Below, piece after piece: positions 9,036 through 18,477 of a DNA stretch of 64,000 nt. Position 1 is the stretch's first letter. Each line of letters begins with the position of its first letter. The DNA comes from Chitinophagaceae bacterium. GTDB lineage: Bacteria > Bacteroidota > Bacteroidia > Chitinophagales > Chitinophagaceae. A program made the position numbers and the translations under genes. The notes beneath the pieces were generated by a model. It ran no database searches, was not told the DNA's origin, and saw nothing but the letters and a program-made list of their open reading frames with translations. Location: assembly GCA_031401115.1 (NCBI GenBank), contig JANNRE010000018.1, positions 74,233 to 138,232 of the forward strand, read 5' to 3'.

Positions 9036-11531
9036 TTATCCTAAAAGCTGAATCAAATGATCTAATTCCGACTCTGTTTTTACCAATACATCTCTGGCCT
9101 TACTTCCCTGGCTGCCGCCCACAACTCCGGCAGCTTCCAGTTGATCCATTAACCGGCCGGCACGGTTATAACCCAGCTTCATTCTTCGTTGCAGCAGAGA
9201 AGTAGAGCCTACCTGATTTTGTACAATCAATCTGGCAGCGTCATTAAAAAGAGGATCCCGATCGCTCAAATCAAAATCCTTTCCTTCCATTTCTTTTTCA
9301 TCAACATACTCCGGTAATAAAAAAGGTTGAGCATAGCCTCTTTGTTTACTGATGAAGGAAACAATTTCATCTACTTCAGGTGTATCAACAAAAGCACATT
9401 GCAAACGGGTAAGCTCACCATTATAACTGATTAACATATCGCCTTTACCAATCAATTGCTCAGCGCCACCAATATCAAGAATGGTTCGGCTGTCAATTTT
9501 TGATGAAACTTTAAACGCAACTCTTGCAGGAAAGTTTGCTTTAATTGTTCCGGTAATAATATTTACTGAAGGCCGCTGTGTAGCAATGATTAAATGAATT
9601 CCTACTGCTCTTGCAAGCTGTGCAAGCCTTGCGATGGGCATTTCAATTTCTTTTCCTGCCGTCATAATTAAATCAGCAAACTCATCTACCACTAAAACAA
9701 TAAATGGCAGGTACTGATGACCTTTCAGCGGATTGAGTTTTCTGCCTACAAATTTTTCATTATACTCTCTTATGTTTCTGCAACCGGCTTCTTTCAATAA
9801 ATCATACCGGTTATCCATTTCAATACAAAGTGCATTAAGTGTATTGATTACTTTTTTTGTATCGGTAATAATCGCATCTTCTTCGCCCGGAAGTTTTGCA
9901 AGAAAATGATTTTCGATGTGGCGGTATAAACTCAGCTCTACTTTCTTGGGATCAACCAATACAAGTTTTAATTGCGACGGATGTTTTTTGTAGAGTAACG
10001 ATACAAGTACTGCATTTAGCCCTACTGATTTACCCTGCCCTGTAGCACCGGCCATAAGCAAATGCGGCATAGAGGCGAGATCAACAATAAAATTTTCATT
10101 ATCAATTTTTTTACCAATAGCAATAGGCAAAGCAAAATTATTATGTTGAAATTTTTCTGAAGACAACAGCGTCTTCATACTCACTATCGTTTTCTTTACA
10201 TTGGGAACTTCGATACCAATAGTTCCTTTACCGGGTATAGGAGCAATGATACGAATGCCCAATGCTGCAAGGCTTAATGCAATGTCATCCTCTAAATTTT
10301 TTATACGGGAGATACGAACACCTGCTGCCGGAACAATTTCATAAAGTGTAACTGTGGGACCAACTGTGGCATAAATTTTTTGAATTTCAATATCATAATT
10401 CCTCAGTGTACTGATGATTTGATTTTTATAATTCTCCAGTTCATTGGCATCCTGAACAATTTTTTCACTACCATGATTTTCAAGTAAGTTGAGCGATGGG
10501 AATTTGTAATCTTTCAAATCAAGAAAGGGATCATAAGGCGGCATGTTTTCAACTGCTTCTTTTGCTGAGATTGGTTCAGCAGCAATATCAGGAACAGATT
10601 TAATTTCCAGTTCCAAACCATCGGTTGATGCATTTTTTTTCTTTGGCTCTGGAGCTGAATTAATTTCCTGGGGCAATTCTTTTGCAAGTTCAAATACAGA
10701 TCCTGCATTTTCAACAGGCAATACTGTTACCTGCTCTTGCTTTTCAGAAACCTGAAAATCATGCAAAGGATTTTTTTCTTCTGCAATTGGGTTTAGTATC
10801 AATCTGCTACCATCTTGTTTTAATTGATTGCTTTTCACAGAAGATGATTGATGCATTCCTGATTCTTCAATATTTGTTGTAACAGGTGCTTCGTCTTTTA
10901 TTTCAACAGGAATATTTTTTATTTTTCTTGCAGGCATTTGAAACACAGGATTAAATCTCCAGATTAAATAGCTGAGTGCTGCCACCACAAGCAAAATTCC
11001 GGTTCCGGTTTTCCCTGCAAAACCATTAAGCCAGTTTGCTGCATAGTTTCCCATGGCACCACCCCAGGGAAAATCATAACTCTTAAAAAAAAATGAAAAG
11101 AAAACGGGCAATACCAACAAACCTATTAAAACATATTTCAGGTTTCTTGCAAGTGAAAATATTTTTTTGCCGAATAAGAAATTAATACCCAGTATAAAAA
11201 ACATACTGCAAATGAGATAGGAAGCTATGCCAAAAGATTTGTAAAAAAATAAATGAGCCAGCCAGGCTCCAATACGACCCAATAAATTTTCAACGCTTAC
11301 ATCATCTGTAAACAAAAACCGGGATGCGCTGCGTAAAACTTTATCCTGATCCTGCTGCCATGTAAACAAATACGAAGTAAACGAGATGAATAAAATCAAA
11401 GCTACAAGCAACAGCAGCGTACCGGCAATCTTATGCGTTCGCTCATCTTTTACTAATTGCTTTACGGTTACTGATTCTTCTTTTTCCTGAGTAAGCTGTT
11501 CTGATTTTGCGGTTTTTCTTTTTTCCTTCAT
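9036..11531 (-). CDS. ftsK: DNA translocase FtsK/SpoIIIE
   Basis: 4TM N-terminus, Walker A GATGQGKS, VDEFADL, ATQRPS and gamma domain LQRRMKLGYNRAGR. Start moved to 11531 because a promoter lies at 11552-11585. Confidence 0.97.
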   Translation of the reverse strand: MKEKRKTAKSEQLTQEKEESVTVKQLVKDERTHKIAGTLLLLVALILFISFTSYLFTWQQDQDKVLRSASRFLFTDDVSVENLLGRIGAWLAHLFFYKSFGIASYLICSMFFILGINFLFGKKIFSLARNLKYVLIGLLVLPVFFSFFFKSYDFPWGGAMGNYAANWLNGFAGKTGTGILLVVAALSYLIWRFNPVFQMPARKIKNIPVEIKDEAPVTTNIEESGMHQSSSVKSNQLKQDGSRLILNPIAEEKNPLHDFQVSEKQEQVTVLPVENAGSVFELAKELPQEINSAPEPKKKNASTDGLELEIKSVPDIAAEPISAKEAVENMPPYDPFLDLKDYKFPSLNLLENHGSEKIVQDANELENYKNQIISTLRNYDIEIQKIYATVGPTVTLYEIVPAAGVRISRIKNLEDDIALSLAALGIRIIAPIPGKGTIGIEVPNVKKTIVSMKTLLSSEKFQHNNFALPIAIGKKIDNENFIVDLASMPHLLMAGATGQGKSVGLNAVLVSLLYKKHPSQLKLVLVDPKKVELSLYRHIENHFLAKLPGEEDAIITDTKKVINTLNALCIEMDNRYDLLKEAGCRNIREYNEKFVGRKLNPLKGHQYLPFIVLVVDEFADLIMTAGKEIEMPIARLAQLARAVGIHLIIATQRPSVNIITGTIKANFPARVAFKVSSKIDSRTILDIGGAEQLIGKGDMLISYNGELTRLQCAFVDTPEVDEIVSFISKQRGYAQPFLLPEYVDEKEMEGKDFDLSDRDPLFNDAARLIVQNQVGSTSLLQRRMKLGYNRAGRLMDQLEAAGVVGGSQGSKARDVLVKTESELDHLIQLLG

Positions 11532-11551
11532 GCGTTTTACTGCTATAAAAA

Positions 11552-11585
11552 CAAAGATAAAGAAAGCCCGATAGAGAAAGCCAAA
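11552..11585 (-). promoter_or_regulatory. Sigma70 promoter of ftsK (-33 TTTG, -7 TATCTTTG)
   Basis: TATCTTTG at 11552-11559 and TTTG at 11582-11585 on the minus strand. Confidence 0.55.
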
Positions 11586-11643
11586 CAAATAAGGTTATAA
11601 AAACATTGAAAAGTTTTATCTTTTCCCTGCCAACCCAGCTTGT

Positions 11644-13563
11644 ATGAGAAAAATTCTGCTTCTAAAAGCACTCTTTCTTTTTTTTGCAAATGCACTCCAT
11701 GCACATGAGGATCCTCAATTTAATGTTGTAAAAACCTCGGGTGTAATCAATACCTACTTTCTACCTCAAAATATGCATGTGTATATTGATACTAATCAAA
11801 ATACACCACTGCAAACACTCAGAGGCGGACTTTTTCTTCATTTGGAAAACTTCCCAAAGAAACGGATACGTAAGCATTTTATGATTGATGGATATGTGTA
11901 CCTCATGTTCTGGATTGTAAACGATGAAGCTATTGAGCGCTCCTTTTATTTTACTGCCGGAAGTTTTGCCACTGAAACATTTTTGTACACAAGAGATTCT
12001 ACTGATCAGTTTTGGGAAGAAATAAAACCAATACTAACAGAATACAATGAACAAGCCTATCGCCAGTTAATCATAAAACCACAAAAAGAAGTGGCCTTAC
12101 TGGTAAAAGCAAAGTTTGCCAGAACTAACGTTTCAATCCTGAGGCCATATCTTATTAACACTACATTTTTTAAATACCATTTAACGGAGATTCGTTCCAA
12201 ACTTTACGGGTTAGATATTATTACCTATATCTTATCAGGTGTTTTGCTAATGATGTTGTTGTTTTCATTAGCCAACTATGTGCAAACCAGAAAACGGGAA
12301 TTTCTGTATTACTCAGTTTATACATTATGTGTGGCTACATTGCTTAGTTTAAAAGCAGTGTACTTTGGTTTATCATCGCCTTTTACAGTACTGTACGAAG
12401 AGTTTATTGATTACGCACTCTTAATGGTTGGCTATATTTTCTATATAAGTTTTACTAGAATGTTTTTAAATACACCTGAAAAATATCCCGGTTTAAATAA
12501 ATTGTTTATTGGTGCTGAAGTAATTCTTGGTATGTTTCTTATCAGTTTTATTTGGATGTATTATAACGGACAAAACTTTAAGATGCTGGACAACACAGAA
12601 AACTACAGCAAATATTTTATGATTTTTCTTGGTATTACGTATGTAGTACTTGGTATATCTCACAAAAATAAACTCATGAATTTTTTAGTGGCCGGCAATA
12701 TTGCCAATCTCATTTTTTCAGGTTTTTCTCAGTTCATCATTATTGCACCCACTTCTTCTTTTACACCCAAGTCGGGTTTATTTAAACAATCCCTTCTTTA
12801 TTTTGAAATTGGTATTTTTTTAGAACTGGTATTATTTTTATTGGGATTGGTTTATAAAAACAAAGTGGAGCTGATAGAAAAAGTAAAAATGGATGAAGTA
12901 TTAAAACAGGAAGCAAAAAAGCAGGAGTACGAAAAAGAAATTGCAGTGCTGCGTGCACAACAGGACGAACGGACACGTATATCAGCAGACATGCACGACG
13001 AACTCGGCAGCGGTGTTACCTCTATTCGCCTGCTAAGTGAAATTGCCATGCAAAAAACAAAGGAGCAACCTTTGAGTGAAATATCAAAAATTTCTTACAG
13101 TGCCAATGAATTAATGAGTAAAATGAATGGCATCATCTGGAGTATGAATCCCGGCAACGATACACTGAGCAGCACACTGGCTTATATAAGATCAAATGCA
13201 TCAGAATACCTTGCTAACTTAAATATGGATTATACTATTTCAATTCCGCCGGATATTCCTGAAGTACAAATAAGTGGTGTAAAACGGCGCAATATTTTTC
13301 TTGTTGTAAAAGAATCACTCAATAATATTTTAAAACATGCACATGCAACAAAAGTTAATATTGTGGTTACTTACAACCATAGTTTAGAAATTAAGATAAC
13401 AGATAATGGAAAAGGAATGGATAAAGAAAAACTAAATGAATTTGGAAACGGTTTAAAAAACATGCAGCGGAGAATGGAAAATATTGGAGGAACATTTGCA
13501 ATAGTATCAGAAAACGGAACCACAGTTATACTTCGTTTGCCTATGAGCGATGCACATTTTTAG
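11644..13563 (+). CDS. Membrane sensor histidine kinase (7TM-DISM-like sensor, HisKA_3, HATPase)
   Basis: Signal peptide, periplasmic domain, about 7 TM helices, H-box ISADMHDELG, N-box ESLNNILKHA, DNGKG and GNGLKNM. Confidence 0.9.
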   Translation: MRKILLLKALFLFFANALHAHEDPQFNVVKTSGVINTYFLPQNMHVYIDTNQNTPLQTLRGGLFLHLENFPKKRIRKHFMIDGYVYLMFWIVNDEAIERSFYFTAGSFATETFLYTRDSTDQFWEEIKPILTEYNEQAYRQLIIKPQKEVALLVKAKFARTNVSILRPYLINTTFFKYHLTEIRSKLYGLDIITYILSGVLLMMLLFSLANYVQTRKREFLYYSVYTLCVATLLSLKAVYFGLSSPFTVLYEEFIDYALLMVGYIFYISFTRMFLNTPEKYPGLNKLFIGAEVILGMFLISFIWMYYNGQNFKMLDNTENYSKYFMIFLGITYVVLGISHKNKLMNFLVAGNIANLIFSGFSQFIIIAPTSSFTPKSGLFKQSLLYFEIGIFLELVLFLLGLVYKNKVELIEKVKMDEVLKQEAKKQEYEKEIAVLRAQQDERTRISADMHDELGSGVTSIRLLSEIAMQKTKEQPLSEISKISYSANELMSKMNGIIWSMNPGNDTLSSTLAYIRSNASEYLANLNMDYTISIPPDIPEVQISGVKRRNIFLVVKESLNNILKHAHATKVNIVVTYNHSLEIKITDNGKGMDKEKLNEFGNGLKNMQRRMENIGGTFAIVSENGTTVILRLPMSDAHF

Positions 13564-13936
13564 CAGCAACAAACAAACAAATCCACCCACAAATAAAACT
13601 TACACCACCAAAAGGTGTAATGGCTCCCAGCCAATTCATATTGTCAATTCCTGCTGCCTTACATAAACTAAGTGCATACAACGATCCACTGAATAAAATA
13701 ATACCTGCTGTAAAAAAGCCTCCTGCATAGCCAACAGTTTTATGTTTTGTATGCAGATATAATAAACCTGTTACTGTTAAAGCAAGTGCATGATAAAAAT
13801 GATACTGTACTGCTGTTTCATAAGTGTGCATACCGCTTTCATCGAGTAGTTCTTTTAACGCATGTGCCCCAAATGCACCCAATGCAACAGCAAGTGCTGC
13901 CAATAAAAAAGAAAATTTTAAATAATTACTTTGCAT
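13541..13936 (-). CDS. DUF423 (YgdD/TMEM256) small membrane protein
   Basis: GAFGAH, YHFYHALAL, LFSGSLY and GAITPFGG motifs. Confidence 0.9.
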   Translation of the reverse strand: MQSNYLKFSFLLAALAVALGAFGAHALKELLDESGMHTYETAVQYHFYHALALTVTGLLYLHTKHKTVGYAGGFFTAGIILFSGSLYALSLCKAAGIDNMNWLGAITPFGGVSFICGWICLFVAAKNVHRS

Positions 13937-14435
13937 GCCGGTATAAAATTCGATGAAAGTTTTCGTTAGATAAATTCAGAGTGGGGAAATGATACATTGC
14001 TTGCGAATAACAGGTAACTCGTTGTTCTAACCGTTGCTCAATAAATTCATGCAATACATCATCAGCCACATCTTTTATTAAAGGTCTGGTTTCTTTTTCG
14101 GTTGCTAAACGTTGTACCAGTTCATCAACGGTGCTTTTAAGATATATAGTAACTCCATGTTTATTCATTCGGTTCATATTATTATGAAAGCAGGGAGTCC
14201 CTCCACCGCAACTCATAATAAAGTTATCTAAATGCAAAAAAGTTTTGAGCACCTCTTTTTCAATTTCCCGAAAGGTATCTTCTCCATCTTCTTTAAAAAT
14301 CAAATTGATACTCTTTCCCTGCCTCTGTTCTATTTCGGCATCCAGATCAAAACACTTAAGCCCATAAACTGTACTCCATTGCTTAGCCCAATAGGTTTTA
14401 CCACTGCCCATATATCCAATTAAAAAATAACGCAT
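13926..14435 (-). CDS. aroK: Shikimate kinase
   Basis: GYMGSGKT P-loop, DLD..IE, FREIE, GGGTPCF and RPL. Start set at MRYFLIG (14435). Confidence 0.93.
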   Translation of the reverse strand: MRYFLIGYMGSGKTYWAKQWSTVYGLKCFDLDAEIEQRQGKSINLIFKEDGEDTFREIEKEVLKTFLHLDNFIMSCGGGTPCFHNNMNRMNKHGVTIYLKSTVDELVQRLATEKETRPLIKDVADDVLHEFIEQRLEQRVTCYSQAMYHFPTLNLSNENFHRILYRHAK

Positions 14436-14547
14436 CTTTTGCGAAGATACTTGAATCAGCAAATGAAAAAGTAACAACCAGGTTCTTACTGCCAATAAAA
14501 AACCCACTGTTTGCACAATGGGTTTTAATTTATCTTTTTGTTAGAAA

Positions 14548-16488
14548 TTAACTTTCAGGAGTTTCAGCAGATGCTTCACCGTCTAATTTCTTTTTCAGAT
14601 CGGCTAACACACCTAAGTCACCAAGAGTTGTTTTTTCAACTTTGCTTTGTACTTCTTTCACTGCTTTTTTAGTACGTACGGCATCTTCACGCTTTTCTTT
14701 TGCTTCAGCATTCTTTTCATCTGCAATTGCCTGCTCCCAAATACGTGAATGACTTAATACTACACGCTTCTCATTACGGTCAAATTCAATAACCATAAAT
14801 GTTGCAGTTTCTTCTGGCATTACTGTTTTACCATCTTCTTTATTTAAGTGGCGTGCAGGAGCAAAACCTTCAATACCGTAAGGCAATTGAATCAATGCAC
14901 CTTTATCGTCTTTCTTTAAAACAGTTCCTTCATGCACACTTCCAATTGCAAAACTTTGTTCCAGTGCATTCCATGGATCTTCTTCCAGTTGCTTATGGCC
15001 CAATTGTAATTTGCGATTGTCTTTATCAATGCTTAAAATAGCCACTTCAATATCGGTTCCTACTTTAGTATACTCACCCGGATGATTGAAACGTTTTGTC
15101 CAGCTTAAATCGCTGATATGAATCATACCACCGATGCCGGCTTGTAACTCAACAAACACACCGTAAGGAGTAATATTTTTTACCAAACCTTTGTGCTTGC
15201 TGTTTACAGGAAACTGATCTTCAATTGTACTCCATGGATCTTTGCTCATTTGCTTAATAGAAAGACTCATTTTGCGTGCATCTTTATCAAGGGTTACAAC
15301 TTTCGCTTCATGTTCATCACCCATTTTAAAGAATTCTTTTGCATTTACCGGCGTATTAGCCCAGCTAATTTCACTTACGTGAACCAAGCCTTCTACACCA
15401 GGATAAATTTCTAAGAACGCTCCATAATCTTCAATATTTACCACCTTACCTTTCACCATTTCATTTTCTACAACAGTTTCTGGCAATGTATCCCAAGGAT
15501 GAGGAGTTAATTGTTTCAAACCAAGGCTGATACGCTTTTTCTCATCATCAAAATCAAGAACAACCACATTCAATTTCTGATCCATCTTCAACACTTCTGT
15601 AGGATGGTTTATGCGGCCCCAACTGATATCTGTGATGTATAACAAACCATCTACACCACCTAAATCAAGGAAGGCGCCAAAGTCTGTAATGTTCTTAATA
15701 GTTCCTTCAAGCACCTGGCCTTTTTCCAGCTTGCTCATAATAGCTACACGTTGTTGCTCAATATCGCTTTCAATTAAAGCTTTATGACTTACAACAGCGT
15801 TCTTAATATTTTCGTTGATTTTTACAACTTTAAATTCCATTGTTTTACCTACAAACTGATCGTAATCAGTTACAGGCTTCACATCAATTTGAGAACCCGG
15901 TAAGAATGTTTCCATTCCAAACACATCCACAATCAATCCACCTTTTGTTTTGCTGGTAACAAGGCCGGTAACAATTTCTCCGGTTTTATGAATTTCAACA
16001 ATACGCTCCCAAGCACGACTGATACGAGCAAGTTTGCGGCTTAAGTGAAGGTTGCCATCTCTGTCTTCCTTTTCTACCACCATTACTTCTACTGTGTCGC
16101 CTACTTTTAAACCTACTAAGTCACGGAACTCGTTTGAAGAAACAAGACCATCACTTTTAAACCCAATGTTTACTACCACATCAGTTTTAGTAAGCGCTAC
16201 TACCTGACCTTCTACAATTTCGCCATCATTTACCTGCTTAAATGTGCCATCATAAACTGAGTCGTATTTTTCACGCTCTGCTTTGTCGTAAATAGCCACA
16301 TTGCGTTTGTCTCTGCTCCAGTCAAAATCATCGTGAGGAGTTTCTACAAATTTCGGTGCCGGTGCCTCAGCAACAACAGTTGCTTCTTCAGGTGCATTTG
16401 TTACCGCTGTAGAAGTTTCAGTAACCTCGGTTACCGCCACATTCTCCTGAGCATCAGCGTTTGAGTTAAGAATTTGATTTTCAGACAT
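14548..16488 (-). CDS. rpsA: 30S ribosomal protein S1
   Basis: Six S1 repeats (e.g. ITDFGAFLDLGGVDGLLYITDISW, NIEDYGAFLEI..GVEGLVHVSEISW). Start set at MSENQ (16488), downstream of the promoter. Confidence 0.97.
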   Translation of the reverse strand: MSENQILNSNADAQENVAVTEVTETSTAVTNAPEEATVVAEAPAPKFVETPHDDFDWSRDKRNVAIYDKAEREKYDSVYDGTFKQVNDGEIVEGQVVALTKTDVVVNIGFKSDGLVSSNEFRDLVGLKVGDTVEVMVVEKEDRDGNLHLSRKLARISRAWERIVEIHKTGEIVTGLVTSKTKGGLIVDVFGMETFLPGSQIDVKPVTDYDQFVGKTMEFKVVKINENIKNAVVSHKALIESDIEQQRVAIMSKLEKGQVLEGTIKNITDFGAFLDLGGVDGLLYITDISWGRINHPTEVLKMDQKLNVVVLDFDDEKKRISLGLKQLTPHPWDTLPETVVENEMVKGKVVNIEDYGAFLEIYPGVEGLVHVSEISWANTPVNAKEFFKMGDEHEAKVVTLDKDARKMSLSIKQMSKDPWSTIEDQFPVNSKHKGLVKNITPYGVFVELQAGIGGMIHISDLSWTKRFNHPGEYTKVGTDIEVAILSIDKDNRKLQLGHKQLEEDPWNALEQSFAIGSVHEGTVLKKDDKGALIQLPYGIEGFAPARHLNKEDGKTVMPEETATFMVIEFDRNEKRVVLSHSRIWEQAIADEKNAEAKEKREDAVRTKKAVKEVQSKVEKTTLGDLGVLADLKKKLDGEASAETPES

Positions 16489-16524
16489 AAAATTATCCCG
16501 ATTTTGTTTTTTAGTTCGGGGCAG

Positions 16525-16555
16525 CAAAGGTAAGGTGAAACTGCTTGTGGGCAAA
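16525..16555 (-). promoter_or_regulatory. Sigma70 promoter of rpsA (-33 TTTG, -7 TACCTTTG)
   Basis: TTTG at 16552-16555 and TACCTTTG at 16525-16532, 19-nt spacing. Confidence 0.8.
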
Positions 16556-16827
16556 GCTTTTAAAGGATAAAAATACAAGGAATACAGGTTTTTGTTACAG
16601 GCTGGGTTTTTATGGCATCGGTTTTTGGGGCCTGCCCGTTCGTAGCTTTAGCGAAGATGGGTCACTCATTTATACATCGTACCTTTTTTATGAGCCGGGG
16701 CTTTATACCAGGTTGAATGCTACGGTGTACTTTTCTGTTCAATTGCAGGGATACAGTAATGCTCACAAACTTCAGCTAATACAACAAACATCATTAGTAC
16801 GTTATTGCTTACGAATAAGCTTTAGAA

Positions 16828-16857
16828 CGTCTTTGCAAGCTTTGCTGTTTGGCGAAG
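16828..16857 (-). repeat. 30-bp REP-like element, inverted copy of 25348-25377
   Basis: Reverse complement CTTCGCCAAACAGCAAAGCTTGCAAAGACG matches CTTCGCCAAACAACAAGGCTCGCAAAGACG at 27/30. Confidence 0.75.
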
Positions 16858-17026
16858 AAATCTGAGAAACTGGTGGGTGAATACTTCAAGCTTGGCGAAA
16901 TGTATGAATTGTATAATAAATTTTTAGAATTGTACAAGTATAGCTAAGAAATGAAATCCATCTTTACTATGTATGATTTTCATACGTAGGCTATAAAAAT
17001 GAATAACAGTTTTTGCGTATTGCTAT

Positions 17027-17491
17027 ATGAAAAGTAATCAACCCCAAATTCCATTCAATATCCTGCTTGCAGATGATGATATGGACGATCGTTTATTCTT
17101 TGCTAAAGCATTAAAAGAAATAACCGTTTTTACAAATCTTGTAACTGTAAATAACGGAGATGAGTTAATGGACTACCTTTTTAAAAATGAAACCCAGCTT
17201 CCACATGTTCTTTTTCTGGATTTGAGTATGCCCCGTAAAACTGGCTTTGAATGTTTGGCTGAAATAAAAGAAAACTACAACCTTAAAAAACTGCCTGTTG
17301 TTATGTACACTACATCCTATACTAAAAGTATTGATTTTGAAGATAACCTTAAAAGCACGCTCCATAGAATGGGTGCCCAGAACTATATAAGAAAGCCCGG
17401 CGATTTTAAGGTGTTGAAACAAGTAATTCATGAAGCACTTATTAAAGTAATACAGGAAACTAACTTTGAACAACAACTAAAAGAAATATAA
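17027..17491 (+). CDS. Stand-alone response regulator (receiver domain) 1
   Basis: ILLADDD, LFLDLSMP (phospho-Asp), YTTS, YIRKP; no output domain. Confidence 0.92.
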   Translation: MKSNQPQIPFNILLADDDMDDRLFFAKALKEITVFTNLVTVNNGDELMDYLFKNETQLPHVLFLDLSMPRKTGFECLAEIKENYNLKKLPVVMYTTSYTKSIDFEDNLKSTLHRMGAQNYIRKPGDFKVLKQVIHEALIKVIQETNFEQQLKEI

Positions 17492-17549
17492 TTATAAAAC
17501 AGGAAAGCGCATTTAGTAAATGATAAACATCTAGCTTAAAACTACAGCA

Positions 17550-17993
17550 ATGAATGAAAAAAAGTTAAATATACTGCTTGCAGATGACGATACAGATGAT
17601 TGTAACTTTTTTAAAGAAGCATTACAAGCTTTACCAATTACTACGCAACTTAACACCGTTCGTAATGGAGATGAATTGATGAGTTATTTGAACGAAAATA
17701 TAGAACGTCTTCCGCATGTACTTTTTTTAGATATTAATATGCCACGGAAAAATGGCTTAGAATGTTTAGCCGAAATAAAGAAAAATGAACAACTAAAAGA
17801 TTTGCCGGTAGTGATGTATTCTACATCAGGCGCTTATGATAAAATAAATATTCTCTTTAAAACCGGGGCTGATGTGTATATCCGCAAGCCCAGCAATTTT
17901 GCACAGCTTGTACAGGTTATTCACCATGCATTACCAATGGCCGCCGAAAATATTTTTTCCAATGGAAAATTAAAATATATCCTTAACGCATGA
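17550..17993 (+). CDS. Stand-alone response regulator (receiver domain) 2
   Basis: ILLADDD, LFLDINMP, YSTS, YIRKP. Confidence 0.92.
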   Translation: MNEKKLNILLADDDTDDCNFFKEALQALPITTQLNTVRNGDELMSYLNENIERLPHVLFLDINMPRKNGLECLAEIKKNEQLKDLPVVMYSTSGAYDKINILFKTGADVYIRKPSNFAQLVQVIHHALPMAAENIFSNGKLKYILNA

Positions 17994-18457
17994 AAATAAA
18001 TCAACTGAATGTGCTGCTTGCAGATGACGATATAGACGATTGTCTTTTTTTTGAGCAAGCCATTACAGAATTAGCAGCATCAACAAGTTTTACCGCCGTA
18101 CATGACGGAGAACAGCTCATGCAGTTGCTCACAAATGAAACTTACCAACTTCCGCATATACTTTTTTTAGACCTTAATATGCCCCGAAAAAATGGTTTTG
18201 AATGTTTAGATGAAATAAAGCAACACGAAAAATTAAAAAATCTTCCTGTTGTTATTTTTTCCACTTCATTTGAGCAGGACGTAGTAAACTTACTTTATGA
18301 TAACGGAGCAAACTATTTTATAAGAAAGCCATCAGAATTTGCATTATTCAAAAAAATAATACTGCATACTTTTAAACTTTTTATTCAGGATGGAAATATA
18401 GTACAACCCCCTAAAGAAAGTTTTGTACTAACTGTAGAAAACAGTTTAGCTATTTAG
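17990..18457 (+). CDS. Stand-alone response regulator (receiver domain) 3
   Basis: VLLADDD, LFLDLNMP, FSTS, FIRKP; overlaps the previous stop (ATGA). Confidence 0.92.
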   Translation: MKINQLNVLLADDDIDDCLFFEQAITELAASTSFTAVHDGEQLMQLLTNETYQLPHILFLDLNMPRKNGFECLDEIKQHEKLKNLPVVIFSTSFEQDVVNLLYDNGANYFIRKPSEFALFKKIILHTFKLFIQDGNIVQPPKESFVLTVENSLAI

Positions 18458-18477
18458 CGTATTACTAAAAAAAGAAA

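Noticed and set aside
11532-11588. Longer N-termini from the ORF track for ftsK, and likewise aroK, rpsA, map, lolA, rpsQ, rpmC, rplV and the Fe-S gene
   Set aside because: The extensions overlap promoter, terminator or upstream elements or lack family-like sequence, so downstream ATGs were chosen.
16545-16865. 106-aa plus-strand ORF in the rpsA-response regulator intergenic region
   Set aside because: It overlaps the rpsA promoter region and REP-like elements and has no recognisable motif.
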